Positions 1 through 11,500 of a DNA stretch of 64,000 nucleotides are shown here, piece by piece. This DNA comes from Macrostomum lignano. Taxonomy: Eukaryota. The position numbers were made by a program, and so were the translations under genes. The notes under the pieces are model-generated. The model was not told the origin of the DNA. It saw only the letters and a list, made by a program, of their open reading frames with translations, and made no database searches. The DNA lies in assembly GCA_002269645.1 (NCBI GenBank), contig NIVC01002173.1, forward strand, positions 26,603 to 90,602. The letters are read 5' to 3'. The first letter of the stretch is position 1. Each line of letters starts with the position of its first letter.

Positions 1-191
1 GAGAAGGTGTCTGCAAAAAGTATATATTGCTCAGGAGTCAGCGGTCCGCAACCCCCCTTCGGGTGTTTTTATCGTCAGCTCACCGGACCATTGGGACCTT
101 CAATACGATGACAACTTTGAGACTCTAGTTAGCCAGTGTCAATTAATTCGGTTCTAGAAATATAGAAAAAAATGAATTCCCAGATATTCAC

Positions 192-1759
192 CTCGAAGTT
201 CATGGAGATAGGCGGCCGAGTCCACTTCTTGGCCTTGTCAGTGGCGCTGAGCATGTCGATCTCCGCGCTCAGCTGCCACTCCTTCATGCCGCCCATTCGC
301 TTGATCTTCCACACGATGGCGTTGTCGGAGGCCTTGTACCTGGCCTTGCCCTTCATGCAGATCACCTGCACTCCGCTGGTGTTCAGCGGGGTGGGGATTC
401 GAACCTCCACCTTCTGGGCCAGCAGGGACGGCTTGAAGTTGCTCTTCACCACCACCTTGACCTCCATCTTGGTGCGGCCGATCTCGCGCACTAGCGGGAT
501 GACCCGGAACGGCAGGCTGATGTCCTTGGTGGTCCGGTAGCGCATCAGCTCGAACTCGCCGTCCGGCGGGATGAACGAGATGGCGTGCTCGGTGTCGAAC
601 TTGCTGAGCTTCACGCACTGGTGGAACTGGCAGTCGTCAATGGCGATGTGGCCGGCCTTGCCGCCGCCGCCGAGGTTGCCGCCGCCGGAAGTCGCGCCCG
701 GCTCCTGCCGCTTGCTGTCCACCACAATCTTGTCGTTGATGCCGAACTTGCACTCGGGCATGCCGGACAGGAACGACTTCATCTGCACCCGGCCGGACAC
801 GTGGGCGGACAGCACCTGGCCTTGAGGCGACATCAGCAGGTTGACGGACTCGATCACGTCGAGGAACAGCTCGTTGCGCCGGTACTTGATGCCCTCCCGG
901 CGCCAGGCAATCTGTCCCGTGACCTGCGGTGGCGAATCGGCCAATTTTTATAAGTCAGTCTTGACGCTTAGCATCCAAGTGGTAGCAGTGCCTCAGCAAC
1001 AGGATATCTTAGCAACAGACAGGGTGCCTAAGGAACGGGCAACTTCCCCTAGCAACAGACAGGGTGCCTAAGGAACGGGCAACTTCCCCTAGCAACAGAC
1101 AGGGTGCCTAAGGAACGGGCAACTTCCCCTAGCAACAGACAGGGTGCCTAAGGAACGGGCAACTTCCCCTAGCAACAGACAGGGTGCCTAAGGAACGGGC
1201 AACTTTCCCTGACCCCTAGCAACAGACAGGGTGCCTAAGGAACGGGCAACTTCCCCTAGCAACAGACAGGAGACCTGACAGGCAAGGTCCCCAGAAAACA
1301 TACCTGGTTAGTAATCTTGGTGGTCTCCTCCTTAGTCTGGGACTTGATTCCCTGCTGGGTGATGTAGGTCTTGAGAATGCCCGTGTCGGTGTTCTGCGGA
1401 TAGCCGTAGTCCATGATCTCGTCAAGCAGCTCATAGATGAGCACAAAGTTATTCTTGATGTTGTCCTCGTTAATCTTGCCAAAGTAGTTGCCCATGACCT
1501 CCACCATCTTGTAAAGAAACTGGAACACCAGGGCGGCATTGACGTTCTTCTTGGCCGCGGCGCAGATCCAAATATTGGATCGCTTGATGTGGAAGAAGCT
1601 GGTGTGCGCGATGTTGGTCACCGGCGAGCGCACCTGCTGCCTGGCGTGGATGACGTTGACTCGAAAAGCGTCCACGGCGTTGCGCCCGATGTCGTCTCGG
1701 TAGACGCGAGAGATCAGCACCTCGCCTTTGTGGTTGTACACAAATAGGCCGCCTATCAT
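192..1759 (-). CDS. AP2M1: AP-2 complex subunit mu (adaptor medium chain). Exons 1759-1304 and 923-192; the last exon lies off-window to the left.
   Basis: Translation [47 protein letters not shown]...ITNQ|[23 protein letters not shown]...[11 protein letters not shown] matches the mu2 family. Splice sites are in phase: donor CAG|gtatgt at 1303, acceptor cgcag|GTC at 924, donor GAG|gtgaat at 191. Confidence 0.95.
1010..1270. repeat. 40-bp minisatellite (tagcaacagacagggtgcctaaggaacgggcaacttcccc), about 6 copies, in AP2M1 intron 1
   Basis: Period 40 visible directly (agggtgccta at 1021, 1061, 1101, 1141, 1181). Confidence 0.95.
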
Positions 1760-3777
1760 TGCTGCTGCTGCCAAGGGCTTGGAACCTTTAAATATCCGCA
1801 AAAAACTACGCGCGCTGGTTCAGGGTTCAGCTGAGGGCCACACAATGTCTAATCCTGTCTGACTTCAGGAGAACTGCAGGAGGTTAGGTCAGGTCAGGTA
1901 GCCAGCAAGTGGTAACTCATTTAATATGAATTAACAATGTTAAAAGTGAAATCTTGGTTAAAACATTTTAATTTTATTTTAACATTATTGTTTTACTGTT
2001 CCAATACTTTGCTTACCAACTATGGTCACTTGAAATGATATGCTCAAACATTGGATTATGAATATTGAAAATTGATTAGATTGCATGTTTACTCAATGCT
2101 CCATATTGTCATTCTCAATGCATTGACTCTAGTCCCTATCTGATAGGGATGTTGTAAGGATTATTTGATAAGGATAATATTGTGTTTAGGATAGAGAGAG
2201 CCCAATTTATTTGTATCAATGCACTTATGAATACTTATTCTTTGTTTCATCAATTTCTCTGTTAACAGAGCATAGTTTATTTCATTAGATAAATAAATAT
2301 TTGACAATGAGGCCAATGAGGAAAAGTTAAAAGAGAAAATGCCTAAAGACAGCTGTCTCATTTCACTAAAGGCCAAAAACATTGTTGACAAGTTCACATC
2401 ACAAACAACAAAATATTGTCTGCCGAAGGTACTGAGCTTAGATTAAGAGCTATTTTGGCAAATGTAAAACTGCTAGACAATACTCTGGATAACCACTATA
2501 AGCAAGTTGAAGGTCATCAGGAATCTACCAGTACACATTCAAACTAAAAATGAATGGAAAAGCTAGCTTGCTTTAATTTGCTAATATAATGAATTACTTT
2601 CTTATTAATTTCTCTTTATATTATATATCAATAGTATCAATATATCATTGTATCTAATAAATTTTTAATCTGAAAAAAAAGTTAAAAGACTCTTAATACA
2701 CTGAATATTCTGAAATAAAATCCATTTTTCATTCTAAATTATCCAAATTCAAACTATTAGACTAATAGAACTTATTGGTACCATTTTTTCTAAAGTAATC
2801 CAATTATATTTACTGAAAGTTAATTCTTGTTGGATGGAAAATAATTGAAAAGTTTTTCTTTTAATAAGATGCCCAAAACTGATCATTTTTATTATTTGTA
2901 ATTCAAATATAGTGCTTCCAATAACTTTTTCCCTATATAAACATTCAGTAATGCTACAAAATAAAGCTAATTATTATAATTATTTTATTATATTCTTTTG
3001 GATTAGCAAAGCTTGATATTAGCTGAATGATATATATTAAAGTAATTTTATAATATAATTTACTTTAAAGAGAGAACTAAAATGCTTTTTAACCTTTTTC
3101 AAATAAAAAAGAAAACAACTACTATGTAATGGACTCAAACTAGTATAGGAGACAAATATAAGATAGCCAAATTTGACCATCTGATTTTGTAGTTTCCAAA
3201 AACAAATTTGCATAGTCAGTCATATGTTTAATGCTTAGTCAGTGCTGATATACTATACATGTTACTTTGAAGTGGTTGTCTATATTTTTGTTTTAATCTT
3301 ACCTACTCCTTAATTGCTTTTTATTTATATATCAATCATGGTAAAATAATGCATTTCTTCTAAATACTGAAGCTTTCTATATGTATAACAAACAGTATAC
3401 TTTTTCCTATAGGGCTTGTTTATTGCTTGCAATAATTGCAATTCAATGTTAAGCCAATTGCAAAAACTATAATTCACTTGCAATCTGCCATGCAATCTAC
3501 TTACAAACAATTGTCAATATATGTGCAAGATCTATCTGCCACTTGCAATCAAGTCCCAATTATTGCAATTTCAGTTGCTTAGGATATCCCAGGCATCTGG
3601 ATAAAAAGCCTCATGGATAACATGAGCTCTGTTTAATTGGCCATAGAGCCCAGCTCCATCTAGCTATTTGAGCCAGACTACCATGTTATACCACCACTAT
3701 TACCTACAACTTGGACTAGCAAATTGAGCTATAGCTCAATTGGCACTTGGCTGCCAAATGCAAGCAATGACCTGGAG

Positions 3778-4071
3778 CATACATGCACAACAGTCGGCTG
3801 AGTTGGCCGATCTGGCTGACCGATTTGGCGGCCAACCAAAGAAGTCGCAAAAATGCCCACCAAAAAAACCCAAGTAGTAGTACAAAGTAGCCGACGAGGC
3901 ATTTTGGCTAAATAAGACAGTCATAGTTACTCCTGCCGTTTACCCAAAGTTGCGTTAATTTTGTTCTAGGGTTTTTTACATATAAGTCACATTTTTGGCC
4001 AAAAAGTACGTCACATTTTTGTTAAAACTAAGTCGCATGGCCGACCGAAATTTGGGGGTTGCGCATGTATG
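3778..4071. mobile_element. 294-bp non-autonomous TIR element (MITE) with 8-bp target-site duplication; hAT- or P-like
   Basis: TIRs catacatgcacaac (3778-3791) and gttgcgcatgtatg (4058-4071) match 13/14. Identical acctggag at 3770-3777 and 4072-4079. Confidence 0.75.
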
Positions 4072-6956
4072 ACCTGGAGACTGAACTACAGGACCAGACC
4101 TAGCAATTACCTGAGCTACTGCTGTGGGAAATCAATGAGAAATTAGCCCCAGCACTAGATACATTAGCAATTGCTAGAAATGGACCAGCCTAACCTACCA
4201 CTACAAGCTAGCAATTGCCACTTTGGCAATTGAAATGGCCACCACTATAACTGCAATTTAGCTCTACAACAAGACTGAAGGTCAGCAGCTAGGGCTTTGT
4301 TATACCTTGGTGGCTCTGGCCATTGACCACTTAGCTATCTAGCATAGAAGGCTACCCATTACCAGTAGAACAACTTTGCTACTGTGCTTATATTGCAAGC
4401 TTGGCTACAACTTTGGACCAGTCTCAAGTGGCCCTGCTTGACAATATTGCATGCAATATATGGCTGGCCAATTAAGAAAACCAAGCCCTAGTGCACTATA
4501 GCAAATACCCATAACCCAGCAAAACATAAGTATGGATTTTGACCACATTTTGGTGCTCCTTGACTGCCATATGGTGATCTAGCATAGCAACCCAGTTGGC
4601 CTCAGCAGAAGAGGTGTCACTAGCAGAAAGGGTGGCACTTGACATGCCAGCAGATAGAACAGCAGTGCCAGCACTGGTGGCAGTCATGGCGTTGTTATTG
4701 GTATCAGCTTCCTCCGATGTGCGTTGGCTGCCAAGGTCAGCTGACCCTGATGTCTCTCCAACATCAGCATGTAAGCGACTGCCTGTGTGCATTGACTCTG
4801 CAGCATGGAACTTTGGCAGTTGCTCATTGGCCAGGACCTTTTCAAGCGCCATCTCTAGACACAAAAAATATCTGACCTGCTGTTGCAGTTCCTCCATCTG
4901 TGTGTTGATTTCTTGCAACTGGACTGTATGTCAGTCCAGCTCAGTCTCTGTATATATAGGTGAAAGGAATACATCAGGGGAGGGAGTAAAAAGTGTTGGC
5001 ATAGTGGACACAATTACCTTGCACTGGCCAAGAGATATAGCAGCAAGATGTTGCTACAGTTTGAAAGGTATAATACTGCAACCATGTGTTCACTTACTTC
5101 TGGCATCGGACAAGTCATAGAGGTAGGATATATCAAGCTGCAGGCCACAGCATGACCTAACCTGCTTATACAATATCAATAGATAGTGACCCATTAAATA
5201 TATATGCACCCTTTTTTATGTAGACTTGTAAAAACCTGAATTTTTTCAGACCATCACTGATGGGACAGCAAGCGTCACCAAAGGGATAATGTTTAGAGTC
5301 ACAAGTTTATATAACAACATGCACCTATACAGCTTAAGCTTATATATAAGCATCTTAACTACCTAGTTTTGCATTGATAAAGAAAAGAAAAATTAAGCAA
5401 GAAAACTGTGAGAGTTATTTTTGGCAAAGAAAAAAATGCATCCCAGCTTATATTTTAGAACATTTCTTGATTGCATTTCAAATGTATTTTGACCACATCA
5501 TGCCATTTTGAACGTTTCTTGACCATATTTGACCACATTTTGATTATAAGTTGACCATTTTTGATTGCATTTATTTAACCGCAAAAATGGGCAAGGTAGA
5601 CTGTTTTTTTTTACTTTCACAGCAAAATTTTATCAAAAAAAGTCCAATTATGGTCAAAATCTATATTTATTTTTTGATGGGAAGGACTAAGAGATCCAAT
5701 GTTCATTTTGTCAATGCAGCACTCTTATGCCTATGGTAAAAGAGGCTACCATATTGATTTTTTTAGACTTGTAAAATAAAGACTCATCCCTTTGTCCCAA
5801 GACTGGCCCTGACTTTCAACCCTAAAGTGTTCCTTCACATCATTTTATAATTGTCCTATTTCCTGGGTTTAGTCTTTTTTCTTGTGGTTAGTACATCTTT
5901 TACTTTTTCTAGCCTTGTCTCTCCTTTGCTTGCTTTTTTACTTTATCTATGATTTAAATATATTTCATATATCTACCATTTGCTATTTTGTGTTTAATCA
6001 TTTCATGTCCTCCCTTGCCCCTCGGCCAATGCTTGTCCTATTTTAACTAAAACCTACTGTCTAGGTTTGTCCATTGAATATTTTCTAGGTTTTTAAATAT
6101 ACCCACTTTATACTGCTCTACATTAACTGTTTCTTCTTATTTTCTTACTTATTTTTTTCTGAATATTCTAGATTATTTTGCATTTTTCTTATTTACTACC
6201 CATTTATTGCTTGAACCCCATGTAGATTAGCCTTTTTGCAATGCAGCTCCTTCATTTTATCATATGCAATCAATTCTAAGCTGAACTTGATCAATAAATA
6301 ATGATTGTTCAAGTGCATTTATTCTTTGATAAGCCCAAAGCTTTATCTTAAATTGCCTATGGGGAAAAATAACCATATTTTCCAACTCTAAGTAAACTTT
6401 AAGAATTAGATATTCTATAAATATTATATAAATTATAACTATAATTAGCAATATTATATTACTAATAATAAGCTTCAACATAAATCAATGCACATTAAAA
6501 CCTTGGTATTAAAGGACTTTAATGGCTGTGCCTAATTACAACTAGGCCCTACTCAACAATAGTCTTAGCTACCCTTCTTTGAAATTGAAAACCCATAGGC
6601 CCTAGCAGATAGAATAACCCTATAAACAAAATTCACAAGATTTGACCATGTGATATTTCTTCTAGCTTTAAACATAAAAACTCTAATTCAAATGGCAGTT
6701 GAACTTTTTAAATTTTGAGTTTGCCACAACATTTCAATTTTTTTGTTTTGCAACTACTCTTATCTTACAAATAATCTTAGTTATTAGCCAATATAAGCTA
6801 GGCTATTTAGGTCTATGAATTATTAAGTTTAAAGATTAGGGTATATTAGCAATAGATATTATTTATTCATTGCTTAGTCTTATCAAAAAATAATTGACCA
6901 CTAAGTTAAATGGCATATGACAAGTATGAAAACAGAAAAATAGAAGGAAATAGAAT

Positions 6957-7952
6957 AAAAATAATTTGGCATTCCTTTGGTTTACGATCATTTTTCCACC
7001 CACATTTCGGTTCACGATCCCCATGTAATTTTTCATATAAATGATCATAGCTTGCTTGAAATAAACAAAAATTGTTAAACTGAGCTTATTCGTTATATTA
7101 AAAAAAACTGAACGGAATAGCCGACAAATGGTTTCTTTCATGGCATGGCAATGACAAGGATCCTATATATCCACTTTGGTTTACGATCATTTAAACGGAA
7201 GCAATACATGTAAATGATTGTGAACCAAAGCTAGCGTATGTGTGTAAGGGGGGTTTGGTGTTTTACAAGCTCTATCTGAAATCGATCACTATCTCAATAC
7301 ATGGCTAGCTTTGGTTCACGATCATTTACATGTATTTTTTCCATTTAAATGATCGTGTACCGAAGCTGAGGCCTGAGGGGGGGGTGTCGAAGACATATAT
7401 AGTCATATATTTATTTGGTGGCTTGTTGGCGATTGAAATGTCATCTTGAGTTAACGTGCGCTCCGAAGTAACTTGATGCTTTATTATTCTCTGCACGCTG
7501 CCACCCCCCCTCAGCTTTGGTTTACAATCATTTAGATGTAAGCAATACATGTCAATGATCGTGAATCGAAGCTAGCCATGTATTGAGATAGTGATCGATT
7601 TCAGATAGAGCTTGTAAAACACCAAACCCCCCTTACACACATACGCTAGCTTCGGTTTACGATCATTTACATGTATCTCTTCCATTTAAATGATCGTAAA
7701 CTGAAGTGGATATAGGATCATCTTTGGATTCTTGGAACTGTGAAATGGATCACTATAACCCCTTTACCTTCTTGTTTCATTTGAACATGCAGCTAGTGTT
7801 ATGATGGATAAATAAAAAGGATTGGAGTGCTTGTCTACACAGTTTTTTTTGCATTTGATGAAATAAACAACAATTTTGTATCTTCCCTATCTCTCCAATG
7901 GGGATCGTCACTAATTTCAATGATCGTAAACAAAAGGAATGCCAATAATTTT
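6957..7952. mobile_element. About 1-kb foldback/MITE-like element with nested inverted repeats
   Basis: Outer imperfect IR 6957-6993 / 7919-7952. Inner IR arms of about 220 bp at 7159-7385 / 7502-7719. Motif ggtttacgatcattt recurs about 10 times in both orientations. Confidence 0.65.
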
Positions 7953-8585
7953 ATACTAAGTTTTTTACTACTAGTCTACTAGGGCCTCCAGTCGTCTTGT
8001 CGCTGGATTGACTGGAAGCCAGCCTAAAAGTCTAAAACATGCATGCCTATTCAACTGTTTTAAGGCCTATTTGATTTCTATAAAGCTTTATATTTGACGA
8101 CTGACATAAAAACGAGATAAAAGATTCATAAATAGTTTCTATTTATTTTATAAACACTTGCAAACCAAAAAATGACATATAAAAACAGATTCATAATATG
8201 TTTCTTTTTTAATAATAGCCAATAGGCCTACCCTTAGATTTATTGTGAATTTATAAAAAAATGCTCCCTACATCTACATACGTTTTTAAAAAGTTTTAAT
8301 GGTAAAACTAATTAAACACGGCTTATGCTAGTTTCACAAAGTTATTCTTTTAATTAAGTTTGCAACACAGTAAATAAACTTTATTATTTTGTTTCTTAAT
8401 CTTTAAAAGCTTTATTTAGTACACGATGATTGTATTGAGCGCATTTTTAACATTTGTAAACTTCGCAACTTCCGTTTCCTGGAAGGGTTTTAAGCTAATG
8501 CGTTTAAGCTAGAATATGTTCGCGGTGTAGTAGGGAACACACGCGTCTTTATTTTTTGCATTTCTGTACTACTCATAACGACAAA

Positions 8586-11500
8586 ATGCCCATTAATAAG
8601 CAGGGTAAGTTACTGTTCATGTAATTAATACTAATATGTGACATCTCACACCTGTAAATTGCTACAAAAGTGTTGTTCATTTCATTCTTTTACTGAGGTG
8701 TCAAATAATATAAGATAGGAAGCTAGCTAAATAAATTAGGAGTTTGGAATATCATTCTACAACACTACTCAAAATGTGTTTTGTCTGTAGCTTTGAAGAA
8801 GTAACAAGTATTTGAATAATTGAATTAATTGATTTTGACTTTCTTAATCTAAATATACTAAATCTCAAAGGTTTGTATGTCCATAACGCTCTAGAGATTG
8901 CAATTCTTGACCAATTGGAATACTATTTCTATTGTTTAATAGGTATTTTTTCATTAGACTAAATGATTTTTGGATTGAGATCTGAATTAAGGTGTTTCAT
9001 AATTTCATTTTTCATATTAGTCTTCATACTATAGTATGAAATACATCCAAACATATAATGTTTAAAATAGGCTAGGCCCAACGCATTTTTTGTGAATTAA
9101 GATTTACACTATTAGATGTGTTGTTATATGAAAAGGAACTACTATTAATTTTAGGTAAAAATAAATAAAAATGCATATTTTAGTTAAAAATACATGCAAC
9201 AAGGACACCTTGATATCTGAAATGTGTATGGTAAAATATTGTATTTATTATATGCTAGAGGCTTAAGTTCATCACTCGAACGATTCAGGCGTTATTGAAT
9301 TACATTCTCAGTTTACTCTGCATGCTTTGCCATTGTCAATCCTGCATGCTGACTTGTCAAATGAGAATGCATGCAATTGCAATTTAGCATTTTTTCTCTG
9401 ATTCAGTTATAGTTTCTGCTTGCTTTTTTGAGAATTCACTCAATAATCAAATTTACAAAAAAATAATTCAAGCAAACAGAAATATGATGATATTCACTGG
9501 CCAGTAATAAAACTAATTATAAATGCTGTAAAGTAACAAACGCTGTCAATTTGATTGACATTCTCTGTCACAGATTTATTCACTACACAGATTTTACTCG
9601 ATTTCGCCTAAGTAAAAAAGTCGATCACTTGAACTTCTTGGGGCCTCTGGAACAGCCGAGTCCATCATCATTGAGCATGCACCAGCTGCCAGCGTGACAG
9701 AAGCGATGCCGCCCCCTCCATTTCCGATGTTCTCCGCCTGAACAGTCCCAAATTCAATGCAGTCTGGAGTAGTTTCCCGTCCCGGCGCCTTCCGCCCTCA
9801 GAACTCAGAGGAGGAGACGCAGCGGCTGTGGGGCAGGAAAGACAGGGGATAATCAATGTGATTGACTAAATGAGTGGTAGGGGAGAGGCGCAGACTCCAT
9901 TCCCGAAGACTTGCTGGTTTGGGGACTTGGCCGCAACCAACTCATGCATGAGACTCATTGCACCTCATTGCGCTTCGCTTCCTCTTTCATTCTTGCTAAA
10001 GAAAACTTTTCTGTCAACGAGGTTTCTGCCGGCTTCGCCCCTCCCAGTTCGCCCCGCTGCATCTGCTGACTAGCGGCTGTAATTCAGGTTGAAAGAATGA
10101 ACTTTTGCTGCACTGCACCCGAAATTTGTCTTATTAAATGGAACCTCACTAAATTCACGTTTAAAACACTGAAGGTTCATAGAAACTTGAATTATTACAT
10201 GTCTGCTGCTCTGGACAGTGAAATTATATCGTTAAAAAAAACCAACCTTCTTAGAAACCCGACCTTTCTGTAGCAAAAATCAATGAAGCAGATTTGATAT
10301 CCGGATCTACTTTAATCTTTAGGATCTCAGTTCAAGGCAACGCCGTATGCCTTTGCCAGCCCTTTCCCCCATAGTCTGCTTCACCGATCCAAGTGACAGG
10401 CTCTAATCCGATCAAACTTATTTAGGTTTGTGATTAACACTGCAACTATAAGCTATATTGCTGCTAGTATCAATTGGGCAAATTTGCCAGCGCTCACGCA
10501 TGTCTACTGTGCTCAATTCCGTTTGACAGACGCGACTCGAGCCCTGGAGCTGCTTGAGCAGTACCAGACTCAGCTGAACGCGACCGAGGACGCTAAGCTG
10601 AGGGCCGCCATCGAGCGAGTCATTCGAATCTTCAAGTCCAAGCTGTTTAATGCTCTTGTCGGTGAGTGCAATAGTTACAGCTCATAACGGACTGAACTGT
10701 ATTTTGGGAACACAAACATCTCTAGCTGTGCAGTCTCAGTTCACCCCCACCGGCCCTAACACAGAAATTCAAGAGTTTTACGAGGTGACGCTGCTGGATG
10801 AGAACAAATCGTTGGAGCAGAAAGCGATGGAAACTCAGCGAGTTGCCGACCGATGGGCCGACGGGCCTCAGTCTGCGAATGGACCGACGAGGCAGCAGAA
10901 GGTGAGTCGCTTTTTGGCAAGCTGACGGAATAACCAGTGGCTGAGTCAGGCTATTCAGTGACTGGATAACAGGCTATTCAGTGACTTGATAGCAGGCTGT
11001 TCAGTGACTGGATTACAGGCTATTCAGTGACTGGATAACAGGCTATTCAGTGACTGGATAACAGGCTATTCAGTGACTTGATAGCAGGCTGTTCAGTGAC
11101 TGGATAACAGGCTATTCAGTGACAGGATAACAGGCTATTCAGTGACTGGATAACAGGCTATTCAGTGACTGGATAACAGGCTATTCAGTGACTTGATAGC
11201 AGGCTGTTCAGTGACTGGATAACAGGCTATTCAGTGACAGGATAACAGGCTATTCAGTGACTGGATAACAGGCTATTCAGTGACTGGATAACAGGCTATT
11301 CAGTGACTTGATAGCAGGCTGTTCAGTGACTGGATAACAGGCTATTCAGTGACAGGATAACAGGCTATTCAGTGACTGGATAACAGGCTATTCAGTGACT
11401 GGATAACAGGCTATTCAGTGACTGGATAGCAGGCTGTTCAGTGACTGGATTACAGGCTATTCAGTGACAGGATAACAGGCTATTCAGTGACTGGATAACA

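Noticed and set aside
4496-5120. Overlapping 140-aa (-) and 174-aa (+) ORFs
   Set aside because: No recognisable domain or convincing splice context, and they sit in the CpG-depleted block. A decayed element is possible but unsupported.
1759-8586. Functional head-to-head pairing of AP2M1 and dlg
   Set aside because: The starts are 6.8 kb apart and separated by TE-like DNA. Nothing in the sequence indicates a shared promoter or conserved linkage.
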